From: Mobula hypostoma
Lineage: Eukaryota
Direction of reading: 5' to 3'
Assembly (NCBI RefSeq): GCF_963921235.1
Contig: NC_086097.1
Location: 126,420,001 to 126,484,000 of the forward strand
Length of the DNA: 64,000 nt
Shown here: positions 11,490 through 25,344 of the stretch, one piece after another
How positions within the stretch are numbered: the stretch's first letter is position 1
How the letters are laid out: each line of letters begins with the position of its first letter
Translations under genes and position numbers: made by a program
The notes under the pieces: model-generated
Seen by the model: the letters and a program-made list of their open reading frames with translations, nothing else
What the model was told of the DNA's origin: nothing
Databases searched by the model: none

Positions 11490-14400
11490 GCAGAACAGCA
11501 GCAGCCAGGCCGGCTCTGAGATGGCTCAGTAGAGAAGAGTAAAGCCAGGCAGTGATTGTTAGGGGGATGTACAGGAGATATTGTGGCCACAAAAGAGAAG
11601 CCAGTCTGGTTTGTTGCCTCCCAGGTGCTGGAGTCCAGAATATCTTGAAGCAACTGCAGGAGATTCTCAAGAGGGAGGATGAGCAGCCAAAGGTCTTGGT
11701 GCATATTGACACCAATGACAAAGGTAGAAAAGGGGAAGAGGTTCCACGCAGTGAGTATAGGGTGTTAGGGAAAGGGCTGAAGAACAGAACCTCCACGATA
11801 GTAATAGATAGATTACACCCAGTGCCAAATGCTAGTCAGGGCAGGAGCAGGATGATGGTACAGATGAATGAGTGGCTGAGGAACTGGTGCTGGAGACAGG
11901 GTTTCAGATTTCTGGACCATTGTGATCTCTTCTGGGGATGGTATGACCTGTACAAAAGTGACTGGTTACACCTGAACAAAAGGGGGACCAATATCCTTTT
12001 GGAAGGTTTGCTAGAGCTGTTGGGGAAGGTTTAAACTAAGTTGGCAATAGGATGGAAACTGGATTGATAGGGCTGAGTTTGGGACAGTTGGTATACAAGT
12101 TGATGCATTGTTTAGTGAGACCTCAAGAAAGGATAGGCAGATGAAAATTGCAGTGGTATGAGTTGAAGTGTAATATGGGAGCAAAATCAAAAATGGTGAT
12201 GAATACAGGACTGAAGGTGTTGTATTTGAATGCACACAGTATACAGAATAACAGATGATTTTGTAGCACAGTTAGAGATCGGCAGGTATGACATTGTGGG
12301 TGTCACTGAGACATGGCTGAAAGATCATAGTTGTATGCTTAACATCCAAGGATACACATTGTATTAAAAGGACAATCAAGGAAGCAGAAGGGGTGGGTTG
12401 GCCCTGTTGGTAAAAACATTATATTAAATCCTTAGAAAGAGGGGAGATAGGATCGGAAGATGTAAAATTCTTGTGGGTAGAATTTGAAACTGCAAGGGTA
12501 AAAAGACCCTGATGGAAATTATATACAGGCCCCCGAACAGTAGCCAGGATGTGGGATATAACTTTCAACAGGAAATAGAAAAGGTGTGTAATAAGGGCAA
12601 TGTTATGATAATCATGGGGGATTTCAATATACAGGTCAATTGTGATTATCAGGTTGCTGCTGGATCCCAAGAGAGGGAATTGGTAGAACAGCATTTTAGA
12701 GCAGCTTGTGGTTGTGCCCACTAGGGGAATGGCATTTCTGGAGTGGGTGTTGTATAATGATCCAGATTTGCTAAGGGAGCTTAAGATAAAGGAACCCTAG
12801 TGAGACAGTGATCATTGGATGATTGGATCTCATTGAAACCTATCGAATGCTGAAAGGCCTCGATAGAGTGGATGTGGAGAGGATGCTTCTTATGGTGGGT
12901 GAACCTAAAACCTGAGGACATAGCCTCAGAATAGAGGGACATCCATTTAGAATGGAGGTGATGGGGAATTTCTTTAGCCAGTGAGCGGTGAATCTGTGGA
13001 ATTCATTAGCTATGGAGGCCAAGTCATTGGGTATATTTAAGACAGAGTTTAATAGATTCTTCATTAGGCAGGACATGAAGGAATAGGGGAGAAGGCAGGA
13101 GATTGGGACTGAGAAGGAAAATGGATCAGCCATGATGAAAAGATGCATTAGACTTGATGGGACAAATGGCTTAATTCTGCTCTTATATCTTGTGGTCTTA
13201 TGATAGAATTCACCTTGCAGTTTCAGAGGGAGAAGATAAAGTCAAGTGTATCAGTGTTACAGTGGAGGTAGCAGGAATTACAGAGACATGAGAAAGGAGC
13301 TGGCCAAAGTTGATTGGAAGGGATTACTAGCAGGGATGATGGCATAACAGCAATGGCTGGAGTTCCTGGGGGCTACTTGGACGGTGAAGTACATCCCAGA
13401 GATGAAGAAGTATTCTAAAGGGAAAATGAGGCAACCATGGGTGAAAAGGTAAGTCAAAGACAGCATAAAAGAAAAAGAGAGGGCATATAATATAGCAAAA
13501 ATTAGTGGGAAGTTAGATTAGGAAACTTAAAAAAAAACAGAAGGCAACCAAAAAAAATGAGAGAACAGATGAAATATGAAGATAAGGCAGTCAAGAATAT
13601 CAGAGAGGATACTAAATGTTTTTCCAGATACATAAAGAGTAGAAGAGAGGCGAGAGTGGATATTGGACCACTGGAAAGTTATGCTGGAGAGGTAGTAATG
13701 GGCATCAAAGAAATGGCGGACGCACTTATTAAGTCTTTTGCATCCACCTTAACTGTAGAAGACACTAGCAGTATGCCTGAAATTCAAGAGTGTCCGGGCA
13801 CAAAAGTGTGTGTAGCTGTTATTACCAAGGAGAAGGTGCTTGGGAAGCTGTACCATCTGTTCACCTGGACCAGATGAAGTAACATCCCTGGTTCTGAAAG
13901 AGAGCTGATGAGATTGTGGAGGTATTAGTAATGAAGTTTCAAGAATCACTAGATTCTGGAATGGTACTGGGGGTCTGGGAAATTGCAAGTCATCTTCCAC
14001 TCTTTAAGACGGGGAGACAGAAAAAAGGAAATTATAAACCAGTGGTTGGAAAGATGATGGAGTCCATTATTAAGTACGAGGTACTGAAATATTTGGAAGC
14101 ACATAATAAAGTAGGCCTGGTTTCCTCAGCCTGACAAATCTGTTGGGAGTTCTTTGAGGAAATAACAGGCAGGATAGACAAAGGAGAGTCAGTGGATGGT
14201 GTTTACTTGGATTTTCAGAGGGTCTTTTGTTGTGTATTTAATATTTGAGTCATATTGAAGTTGATTAACAGGAGTCCATGGTTTTCCAGGAAAGATTCTG
14301 ACTTGTAGAGAAGATGGGCTGATTGGCAGGAGGCAACGAGTTGGAATAAAAGGTGCCTATTCTGGTTGGCTGCTGGTGTTCTGGACGGTTTGGTATTGTG

Positions 14401-15365
14401 GCTTCTTTTCACATTATATGTATGATGGAATTGATGGCTTTGTGGCTAATTTTGCGGAGCATACAAAGATAGGTTGAGGAGCAGGTAGTGTTGAGGAAGC
14501 AGGGAATCTGCAAAAGGACTTCAATTGGGAGAATGGGCAAAGAAGTAGCAGAAGGAATATAGTGCAGGGAAGTGTTTGGTCACGCACTTTGGTAGAATAA
14601 AGGCATAAACTATCTTCTAAAGGGGGAGAAAATTCAAAAATCAGAGTTGCAAAGGGACTTGGGAATCCTTGTGCAGGATTCCCTGAAGATTAACTTGCAG
14701 GTTGAGTCAATAATAAAGAAGGCAAATGCAATGCTAGCATTCATTTCAACAGGACTAATATATAAGAGCAAAGATGTGATGCTGAAGTTTTATAAGGCAT
14801 TGATCAGACTACACTTGGAGTATTATGCCCAGCTTTGGGCCCCTCATCTAAGAAAATATCTGCTGGCATTGTGGAGGGTCCAAAGGAGAGGTCATGAGAA
14901 TGATTCTAGGAATGAAAGGGTTAATGAATGAGAAGTGGTTGATGGCTCTGAGCCTATACTTGCTGTAGTTCAAAAGAATTGGCGGGGGGTGACTTATTGA
15001 AACCTATCAAATATTGAAAAGCCTAGACAGAGTGGATGTGGAGACGATATTTACTATAGTGGATGAGTATAGGGCTAGAGAGCACAGCATCAGAATAGAG
15101 GGACGTCCATTTAGAACAGAGATGAGAAGGAATTTATCTAGCTAGAGGGGGTGAATCTATGGAAGCCATTGCCATGGACGGTGGTGGAGTCCAAGTTGTT
15201 GAGTATACTTAAAGCAGAGGTTGTAGGTTCTTCGTCAGTCGGGGATCAACAATTACAGGAGAAGGCAGGAGAATGGGGTCGAGAGAGACGATAAATCAGC
15301 CATGATGAAATAGCAGGGTAGACTCAATGGGTTAGGTGGCCTAATTCTGCTCCCATGTCTTATGG
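11490..15365 (+). mobile_element. Decayed CR1 LINE (SGNH esterase ORF1, APE, RT) with a nested CR1 tail at ~12825-13200
   Basis: ORF 11552..12034 CLPGA/HIDTND/DWLHLN; IYRPPNS and GDFN motifs; RT remnants; CR1 3' tail. Confidence 0.85.
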
Positions 15366-17509
15366 CCTTGGCATTGACTCAATGGGTTGAATGGCTTACT
15401 GAAATGTGAAAAGCTCTTGTAGACAGCCACTTGAGAATCAATTATGCAAATTAACTTACCATTTTTGAGGACTTCCTTAATTATTTTAATATTGAGAATG
15501 ATATATGGTGCATTGATGTTCCTCACAAACAACTTCACATTTGGGAGTACTGTATCACATTTTCTTGTACTAACTTCAACTTCATTTCATCCACCTGGTT
15601 CAGACTATTGGATCTTCCAGCAATCTGTTGTGCATGCAATCATTGAATGACTCAAGTTACATTGAAATTCTGAGTTTACTCTTGTCTCTATATTGGTGCA
15701 TCTGATCTTGTATTGTAATCACAATTACTTCCAGTGACTGTAACCCCTCTTCACTATGCTCTACTCCCTAGCCTTTTTTGTTGGCTCTTGACAGAGCTTT
15801 GGACTATTTGGATTTGGATGCTAAAGATCCTACAGCATGTTTATTGTAAAACCAGAAGGGAGTTATCTCTGACGTCTGACCAAAGTAACTAACAGATTCT
15901 GGTGTAGCAATATTACTCTGTGGGCACTTGTGCACAAATTGGCTGGTGTATTTGCTGCATTGAAAACAATAGTTACACTCCAGTTAAAGAATTCATGGGT
16001 TGGAAAATGCTTTGAAATAACCTCTACTTATATTTCTAAAGCAATTTTCACAAGTCAAATTAAATAGCATTTAATTCATTTTTGAAGTTTCTAGTTGCAT
16101 GGTAACTGAAAATTAAAGGAGCTGGTAATTATACTGATATAAGTTCTGCTTGGTACTATTGCACTATCTCATCATAGTTAGGATTAGAGTGGTAGTGAAG
16201 TAGTGGGATTTTCAGCCTCTATTCTTTCCTGACATTTAACACAGCTTCAGTGGGCCTCAATGCACAGTGTATTGGACAATGTAGCATTGTCAGTTACTCA
16301 CAGGAGGCAGTAGAAAATATCCACCTACTCCTGCTCCCATAAACAGAAAGTCACATAACTGAGAATGTATCTCATTCTACAAACTACAAGTCAGATTTAT
16401 TAAAAGGTATACAGCATGGAGAGCGAGCATATTTTGTTACAGTTCATGTCAAAACAATAAAAAGTATTTAAATTCTTGTCAATTATATTACATTTGTACC
16501 AATATCAGAAAATTCTTTATTATAGAGAATAGCTTGGAGAGAATTCATTTAAATACATTCTTATGCAACATACACGTCATTTAAACCCCTTTTTTTTAGA
16601 TAATCTCATTCACTACATTAATATATTTTAAAGTACAGTGACACATTCCAGTCTTGTAAATAGAAACTTTTATACAATTGAACTGAATACCATGATGATT
16701 CATTCAGTTTAATGACAGCTTTATGTTTCACTCATTATGCATGGAACTGTAGCTTTTCTCTGTAGTCCTGTAGTATTCGTCTGGCGTGCAAAGGAAAACG
16801 TTAATATTTACTGCACAGAATGACAAAGTATTTAATTTTCTTAATACGTACATAGTGAAACTATCAAAGATGCATCAATAATTCATTCATTTAATAAGGT
16901 GGCTGTACTAACTTTAGCATAAAGATGATCCAGAGTCTCCCAGTGCTAGGTCTTGCTCTTTTCTTGGGGCCTTTTGCAAGATACAGATGTAGCTTTGGGT
17001 CAGGGACGAGAAGATATCATCAGAAATTTCATTACTACCAAATGCTAGTGCAGGAAATTAGCACCCTGACACAGTTAGAAATGACAGCTCATGGTAACGC
17101 AAGTGCCAGTGAAAGGGACAGCACCCGGGGCAAGCTACTTTCCTGGTTTTGGTGAATAAAAGTTTCAAAACCCTTGCAGCCCATTTATGCAAAGAAAACT
17201 GACTCCTTCACTCAAGTAATCAATAAGCAACCAAAATGCCTGCCAAGATATACCTTTACCATCAATACAAGGAGTCCTCTCTACTGTGTGGTATCATTTT
17301 GCACAGCATCATCATATGACTGTCTACTTTAAAGAGAAAGCTGTTTCTAGGGAAGCTGTAACTTGATTCTCACATAATACAGCCTTTGCAGCAATGATCC
17401 AAGTTCAAGTGACTTCCACGCTGGCTCCGACAATTAATTGCTCCACAATGAAGAGATTGGCAGGCACAAAGATTACATTTTAATAATACAACTCATCTCC
17501 TGCCGTCTA

Positions 17510-17566
17510 TTACTCTTCATTTATTCCACTAAAATGAGGATTTTCTGACCTTCTTCTGTTCAAACA
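17510..17566 (-). CDS. Host gene candidate terminal exon P (CLNRRRSENPHFSGINEE*)
   Basis: ttggctttgctag acceptor, phase 0, TAA at 17510-17512; repeat-free downstream region with a minus-strand AATAAA near 16517-16522. Confidence 0.3.
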   Translation of the reverse strand, partial: CLNRRRSENPHFSGINEE

Positions 17567-17730
17567 CTAGCAAAGCCAACAAGATCAGACCCACCAACAA
17601 AAAGTCAAGGGCTGGTCCATGAGTTCCAGAAAGCTCATGTCCGCATGAATTGTTGACAACAAGGTATCTCACAATGAACAATAATAGGTTTCCACCATCT
17701 TTGCAGCGGCTACTTGAAAAACTCTTAAGG

Positions 17731-17841
17731 TCAAGGGTGTTTTTTTGTCTTTTTCTTTACCTTTTTCTTAGCCAATACTTCAGGGTCAAAATGATTTGCT
17801 TCCACTTTATTTTGATACAGTGGCAAAATGGTCCAAAGTAA
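17731..17841 (-). CDS. Host gene candidate exon O (LLWTILPLYQNKVEANHFDPEVLAKKK[VKKKTKKHP*])
   Basis: ttaacctctag acceptor, phase 0. It either ends at the AAG|gtaaag donor (17761) or reads on to TGA at 17731-17733. Confidence 0.55.
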   Translation of the reverse strand, partial: LLWTILPLYQNKVEANHFDPEVLAKKKVKKKTKKHP

Positions 17842-17874
17842 CTAGAGGTTAAGCTGTTGTACAGACCTAACATT

Positions 17875-17960
17875 CACATTCATTCATTCTCCCATTCTCA
17901 TTCATTCTCTCTCCCCCCCCTCCCCCACACCCTCCCACCCCCCCCCACACACACATGCAC
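17875..17960. repeat. Low-complexity (cattc/ct/poly-C/ca) simple repeat
   Basis: Directly visible in the sequence. Confidence 0.7.
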
Positions 17961-18051
17961 AGTACATCTTAAATCACTGGATCCAGTGAATCACTGAGTG
18001 ATAAAGTAACTGACTATTATGTTATATTTGGAATTGAAATCCATACCTTAC

Positions 18052-18160
18052 CACTTTTGAAACTTCGACCCATAACTTCTTTGCAGGTTTAGCCTGCATT
18101 GGTATAGTAGTTAACTGGACAATTTCAGTATTCTTATAGATTAACAAGATGTTGGAAAGC
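18052..18160 (-). CDS. Host gene candidate exon N (LSNILLIYKNTEIVQLTTIPMQAKPAKKLWVEVSKV)
   Basis: cttaactttaacag acceptor, GTG|gtaagg donor, 109 nt, phase 2->0; internal phase-0 acceptor option at 18093. Confidence 0.55.
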
Positions 18161-19797
18161 CTGTTAAAGTTAAGTGTTTTTCCCCCACCCGTGATATTTC
18201 GTGTAATGATGTTGCTGAGATCATAAAAGCATCTGTTTATAAACTGATTCTTGGCCTCTAACTTTTCGAAGCAGTATTATTCTGACATAACAGCCAAAAA
18301 GATTACACCTGATCTTTACTGGTCAGTCTTTATTACTTGGCTGAATATGTTTCCCAATGGCTATATGTTGGCAGTAACCATTCTTCTAAGGTACTAATCA
18401 CATTGAATATCAACAGAATTGATTAAAATAACTAAACAAAACCCTCAATATTCAAAGTAGAAAATATTCATTGGCGGCTGTGACATGCAGTACAACATAC
18501 TAAACTTTGAATTTCCTTGATCTAAAATAGATCTCCATTATGATAAAAAATGTCTTTTTTTGCCTTTGGCTTAAAATACAACACATGCTGTTCTTAAATA
18601 AGACATGGGTGATCTGGAAATAATAACAATTGTGATCATTTTTAACATTCAGCTCCAAACTCCCATAACATACCTTTAACTCGATGTTCTCTTTTTGATT
18701 TCTTGTTTAAAGCAGCAACTAAGGCAGAATTCTTCTTCTCTAACCTTTAAATTAAACAACATGATTAAAATGATTTGTTAAAATCTGAATTTTAACTGAT
18801 CAGTTTCCCTTTAGACACAAGTTGTAATTTCCTCAGTTATCTGTTCACAAATTATCACAATGTTTTGAGTATACAATCTCATTCGCATTCCAGAACCAGA
18901 AAATGAAAAATTTTATTTTAGAAGCAAAATGCAGAGTGTGGGAAGAATTAGTATTTAGACAGGGAGGCAAAAGATCAGAAGGGCATCCAAACAGATCGGC
19001 TGCCCACCTTAAAGAGGTGAATGAGGGGAAAATCTTACTGGAATCAAGCTAAGTGTACTTTTATAAAACCTTGGCAGAATTCAGCTGCATACGTATTGTG
19101 CAAGTGGTGCTGAGGTCCCTTGTTACAGATGCAGTGACATGGTGTTGCACCCCGATACATCTCTTAAAAAATGAACTTTTTCATAAAATTTGTATGATAA
19201 AATATCAAGATTAACAATGAATGATTTTCTAATTGTGGGGAAGCGTGGGGGAGATAACTCTTGAATGATTGTACAACAGTTGTTTTAATGTAAACCTGAG
19301 CCCTAATGGTTAATATTCTTAAGCTATAGACCTTTCTCCTCCCCACCCCCAGCCCACCATTGTATTTAGAGAATGAATAAGCTTGAATCTCTAAACTTAA
19401 AAGCCTTACTTTAAATGTTATTTGGTGTTCTTTTGCTCAGTTAAATACAAGGTTAGTTACCCAATAATTTGCATATTAAACATCCAGAGCCTTTGATCAG
19501 CAATCTGAATTGTTTCATTCAAGCCATCGATCTGTTTGAAAAGAAAGCATATTTTCAAGGACAAGGATAAAGGATTAACAAAACTCCCAACAGTTAGTCA
19601 AAATTTTAGCATACAGTATTCTTGGTCAATGAGTGAGTCATGTATGAAGGTAGCTGAGAGAAATATTTAGGGGAGAGGAATTCCTGCAATGTTCTTGGAA
19701 TGCTCTTTGGAGCATTATATTCCATTTCAATTCCAAAAGAACAAGTACCACGCAGTAAATCAGAAAAATTGAAAAGAAATCTCATTGCTCCTGAACA

Positions 19798-20075
19798 TGG
19801 GTTGCCACAGTAGTGTAGTGGTTAGCATAATGTTATTACAGCTCAGGCTACAAAAATACAGAGTTCAATCCCAGCTCCCTCTGTATGCCTTCCTCGTGGA
19901 ATGCATGGGTTTTCTCAGGGTGCTCCAGTTGCCTCTCACAGTCCAAAGACGTAGCGGGTAGGTTAACCGGTCTTGTAAATTGGCCTGTGATTTGGTTAGG
20001 TTGTCGGGGGGGGGGGGTGGGGGTGTTGCTGGGCAGTGTGGCTCGAAGGGCATATTCCGCTCTGTACCTCTAAGT
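19798..20075 (+). mobile_element. tRNA-derived V-domain SINE (HE1-like)
   Basis: A-box-like tagtgtagtggttagc, B-box-like gagttcaatccc, V core gggtgctccagtt...cacagtccaaagacg. Confidence 0.75.
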
Positions 20076-20914
20076 AAAACTACTTTAAAAAATGGATCAG
20101 ACACAGAGGTCAATGGGTTCTTCAGCCCTTAGATCTTCAAGATCTTAGTCTTAACATTTGAAAATCCAATTAAGTTAAAGCTACATCTCATCTGAAGGTT
20201 GCACTGTCATTATTCATATTTCTCTAGAAAAAAAATGAAGAATTACATTTCTTTAAGGCTTTGCTAATAGCCGTTTCCATTGAACCTGTGTCAAATTATA
20301 CAGTTGTCCACAATGGAAGGCCCAGAGAAATTCACTTTATAGTTAACAGTCCAGGAATTGACTAATTAACCTGTGATGGAATTCTCCACAGGATTTTCAA
20401 TACATTTCCTACAGGCTTTATACATTAAAATTAGCTACAGTGACATCACAGATTAAAGCATCACATACTTAACAAGAAAAATATTGATCAGTTCGAATTA
20501 ATCAACCTGTGATTGCTACTATATTTATAAAGATATACTTTTTATTGAACTAGCAAATTAAAATAACTAGTTGTCCCTTGACCTGTTTTTTCAATTCTTT
20601 GCTTACTTGGAAAATTAAGTTTATAACAATTACTTAAGATGATACAAAACACTGAACTTGCTCAACAAAAATGCTGAACAATGTTAGAACTACCTGCAAA
20701 AGATTGTGCCCTATTGGCCTTTATTTGTATGGCTTCCAGGATTTGAATTGTCATTTCACTTGTGAGAAAATGACCCTTCTAAACCACTACTAATTTATAG
20801 ATGAAACGAAAGCTTTAATAGTTGAATTTCTAGGAAAGCTTAGGGTATGGAACCTAAGCTGACACAGGTATTATATATTCAAGTCACCATTAACTGCCAA
20901 TCTTATTAATTAAT

Positions 20915-21360
20915 GAATTAGAATTTAGAATTTATTTAAATCTTATATTTATACCAGAACGTGAGTGAATAAAGATCTTTGTGTTATGACTCTGTCGCTA
21001 TGTATAGACGTGTGACCTTAAAGGTCTAATGGTTTGTAGAAAGAAGCTGTCCCATTCTGGCTTTAATGCTGCGGTACCGTTTGCCAGATGGAAACAGCTG
21101 AAATAGTTTATGGTTGGGGTGACTGGTGTCCCCGATAATCTTCCAGGGCCTTCTTTCTGCACCTGCTGCTATAAATATCCTCAGTGGAGGGAAGTTCACA
21201 TTCACAGATGTGCTAGGCTGTCCATACCACTCTCTGCAGTGTCCAGCGATCAAGGCTGGTGCAGTCCCCGTACCAGGTGGTGATACAGCCAGTCAGAATG
21301 CTCTCAATGGTCCTGCTGTAGAAGGTTTTGAGGGTTTGGGGGCCCACGCCAAAAACTTTA
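20915..21360 (-). mobile_element. Rex/Babar-type LINE 3' fragment (DUF1891-like)
   Basis: Minus ORF FYSRTIESILTGCITTWYGDC...LQRVV and LFPSGKRYRSIK. Confidence 0.75.
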
Positions 21361-21414
21361 TAGAGATGACAATAATGAACCACATGGGGTCCCAAAACCT
21401 CAAATATCAATGTC

Positions 21415-21582
21415 ATATAACATAGAACATGAAAGCACAGTTCACGTTCTATGGCCCACAATGCTGTTTTGGCCCTTTAACTTACTCCAAGAATAATCTA
21501 ACGCTTCCCTCCTACATGGCCTTCCATTTTTCTATCATCATGCGCCTATCTAAAAGTCCCTTAAATGTCCCTAATGTATCTG
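21415..21582 (-). mobile_element. CR1 3' tail fragment
   Basis: Homologous to the split inverted tail at 4481-4571/5165-5192. Confidence 0.6.
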
Positions 21583-21633
21583 GTTCATTATTATTTTAAT
21601 TTTAGCATTAGGAAAAGCAAATCGCCACCTAAC

Positions 21634-21701
21634 CTGAAGTCTTGCTCTTTTTCAAAAAAATTAAAATCTGGCCTTTAATTTTTCTGGTAATCCCGATTCA
21701 T
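21634..21701 (-). CDS. Host gene candidate exon M (MNRDYQKN*RPDFNFFEKEQDF) with in-frame TAA
   Basis: ttgttttggctcag acceptor, CAG|gttagg donor, 68 nt, phase 0->2 bridging exons L and N; TAA at 21675-21677. Confidence 0.4.
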
Positions 21702-21959
21702 CTGAGCCAAAACAACTACATTTCAGGCAGCTATTTTACAGCAACTTCCAGTTGTCTGAACAGCTGACTAAATTTGTTTCATGGTCCAATTTTACGTTTC
21801 CTAGACTAAGGAGGATGACAAAAGTAGTTCATTAGATGTAAATTGCTTTGGAACATCCTAAAAGTGTAAATTATGGGAGTTTCTTGGTTGAAATCAGAAA
21901 ACCTTTGAAATCCATCAGTGAAGACTCTCGCCATCCGAGACATCGAGGATGTGGCCCAG

Positions 21960-22180
21960 GAGCCTGAAGACCCATACTCAGCAATTTAAAAACAGTACTT
22001 GTTTCTCTCCTTCATCAGGTTTCTGAGCATTCCATGAACACTACCTCGTTATTCACCTTTTGTCCAATTTACTGATTTCTGTAACTGATAGTGATTTTTA
22101 TGTCTTGCACTCTACTGCTGCTGCAAAACAACAAATTTGATGACATACGTCAGTGATAATTAACCTGATTCTGATTCTGA
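21960..22180 (+). mobile_element. Rex/Babar-type LINE 3' tail
   Basis: agcctgaagacccatactc... ending in an (attctg)n tail; similar to 47905-48260. Confidence 0.6.
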
Positions 22181-22552
22181 TCCACAGATGGATTCTTAAT
22201 CCAACTACTGAAAATACTTGATACTCCTGATACTTTTCTGAAAGCTTACGCAAACTCTCATTTGTAAATAATGGTTGATAATCTATTTATCAAAAACATA
22301 CCAATCCTACAAATGCTGTACAACTTTTATAATGGCAAACAGTGGCAGTGGTAATCATCAATCACAAAGTAAAGTCTGATACCGTATGTCTGCACATTAT
22401 AAATCCTGGGTGCAGGAAAAGAAATGATTCTACAGGGGGTGCATTTGATACAAGCTGGAATAAATCTAATAACTGTTACAGTAACTCGGACTGAAAAGAA
22501 AAGCATGAACAGTTGGGTAAATATTCGAGTAGTGGGAACAGTTACCTCATAC

Positions 22553-22648
22553 CTTGCTTTGCAGTTCATTCACACATGTGTGGAGCTCAATATTTTCTGC
22601 CACAAGCAATTTAAACTCATCCGATGACTTCCCTTGATGATTTACTGC
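22553..22648 (-). CDS. Host gene candidate exon L (AVNHQGKSSDEFKLLVAENIELHTCVNELQSK), coiled-coil-like
   Basis: ctttaattttcag acceptor, AAG|gtatga donor, 96 nt; only the phase-0 frame is open. Confidence 0.65.
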
Positions 22649-25344
22649 CTGAAAATTAAAGACAATGGGTTCCAATTGCAAACTTTATCTCATTTTATTT
22701 TACCTGATACGTACTGTAAATTATTATGGTGATTTAATATTACTAGTGATTGTTGTAATCCATAGAAAAAGGATTCCAAGAATTACGCAGTTAAATAATT
22801 TGTGTTTCTATAATCTGTGATTATGTTCACAAAATCTGTTACAGAAGTAAACCCTTTCTAATTTCATTGGGAAGGCAACTAACGTGGGAGCTGCATGTTC
22901 TCTGTTTCTTAACTATAAGCAGAAACAAATAAAGCATCATCTTTTCATCATACTTAATCCCCCAAATTAAATAATTCCCATATTTTTCATTCATCCTTAA
23001 ATGTACAGATCAGGACAGTTTCAACAAAATGCTTAATAGAACATTAACTGCCTTGTACAAAATTTAAACTGTAAGCTTTGAAAAGCATTATTCATATATG
23101 ATCTTGTATCATAGGAAGAAGGTGCACAAAAACCACACAGATGAATCAGAGCAGAAATGAGTTCAGCAATATACAAACATGAAAATAGTTTTTAAAGCAG
23201 TCTAAATATTATCAAAGAATGTGTTATCAGCTTGACAAGCAAAAAACCCAAAATGCTGTTCAAAATCGCAGTTAAAAGATAGTTATACACCAGTGGGTTT
23301 TGTATAATGGCTACTAAACAAAGATAAAAAAATTGTAAATGTGAGAATGAATGTGTTAAAGCTATCCTCAAATTTATTCCAATTTTCCAGTAAAGTTTGT
23401 AAACTACTTTTCACATGAACTTTTGTTTGGTGGGGGTGGGGGGAATGACGACTCATCTTTATTCACTGATTGTGTTTCGGTTTTCATGCTGAAGTACATT
23501 TCATTTGGTCCTGTTTGGTACATACACTGTCCTCTACTGGAATAAGGCTGCATATACAGTTATTTACATCATTCAAAAAATCAGTTACTATATTAATTGA
23601 AGAAATAAAATATCATGAAGTAACTTGTTTGGAAACAAACATGGATGATATTCAGCTGATAAGAAGGCTCATTTAGCACAGCTGTGATGATGTGCAGCAG
23701 TAGTTTGTGTGATAATCTACAAAAAAATAAAAATATGCACACCCCTGATGACTACACAAGTATCAGTCTGTTCCACTGTAATGTTTCCATGTACCTGTTG
23801 CAAGCTCGGATTCTGAGATGTAGCTGATTGTCACAAATCTCAGAATCCCAAACCAGCAGATTACAATATGACAGATTAATTCTGTGATGGGTTCCTCACG
23901 AACTTGGAGACACAGGGGACTGACGCATATGCTGCCTGAAATGCTGAGTTCTTCCAGCAGCTCATTTTTCAATCCTTAGGAACTTTATCCTGCAAAGGTA
24001 CAGGCCTGTGATGTTTCATTCATGCCAGTTGTTCCTTTGCTTTCTACCATTCAGTTCCGCAGGTCTTGAAACCACAGGCATTGAAATGCTGCCTTGATAC
24101 CATGAATTCAGTTCCTTTGTTGTTTGTATAATGTCCACAAAGAAATCTACAGTCTACTGGTGCGGGCAAAATCAGTGAGCAGGTCATTGATAAATGCAGC
24201 TTAATAAATCTGCTAAACACTTTGGTAATGCCTGAATGCAGTAATTAGCTAGATCAGAATTCACCCACTTTTTGTTGACAGGACATACCTGAATATTGTT
24301 GGGTAAACCATGTTGTTGGGTAACTACACTGAAAGAATTTGCTAGAGATGCAGCCTTTTCATTGTAGTGTGGGGTTGTTGTGTTGTCTCATAGCCTTTGC
24401 CATCCAGTGTGCTCATCACTTCTTGCTATTACGTGGACAGAGTAGATTGAATTGGGTGAAGGGCTATTCAGAAGAAGCTGAGGTAGCATTATTGGCTGAA
24501 AATGATTGCAAATGCTTCATCTTCACATACTGAAGTGCATCATCCCAGACAATCACCTTGAAGCTGCCTACTCCCAGTTGGCTATTTAACCGTCCGTCAC
24601 CATTCATGACTGGATATTGAATCTCTGATCCAGGATGCATGCTGCACCCATGCCATTTCCAAATGTAGCTCAGTAAGAAGTAATGAATCAGCTGCTGAGG
24701 AAGCATAACAGGTACCTTAGGAGGCTTCTTTAGTCACGTCATGAGACTTTTTTTGGCTAAAGTACTAAAACCACCGTCTTGCAACTGGTTCAAAATGTAG
24801 CCAGAAATTGGTGCAGTCTAGGGCTGAAAGGTACATTCCACATGTGAATCCGGATGCCAGGTCAACATAAGGTGCTCTGGTGTTAGTATACCCATTCTGT
24901 TTTAATGTACAGATTCAAATTGAGTGGATTGCTATTTTGGAGGTAAGTAGCTGTTAATACTTTGCTTGAGTCTTGAACTGCACAGAAATATGTCTTTTGA
25001 TTTTGTGTTTGTATATTCTGTGTTTTCACTCCTTTTTTGTCGCCGTTTGCAGGTTTTTTTTGCGTGGGGGGAAGGAGGGGTTGATGCTTTATGTTTTTCT
25101 TTGAATGGATTGGTTCTTCATTGTTTTGTGACTGTCTGTGCAGAAGACGAATCTTAGGGTTGAATTGTGCATACATAAAGTACTTTGATAATCAGTGTAC
25201 CTTGAAACACATATAAGCCAGATCAGGTTGGGAGAGTAGATTTCCAGGTTTTATGGGGATTAATTATTTCTGATCTAAACTTTTCAGTACAGTAATTCAG
25301 ATTATTTCATTCAATTTAAATTCTCCAGTAGTCATGTTTAGATT

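Noticed and set aside
19798..19880. tRNA-like A/B boxes (also 29025, 59315, 62760)
   Set aside because: SINE heads followed by a V-domain core; no cloverleaf.
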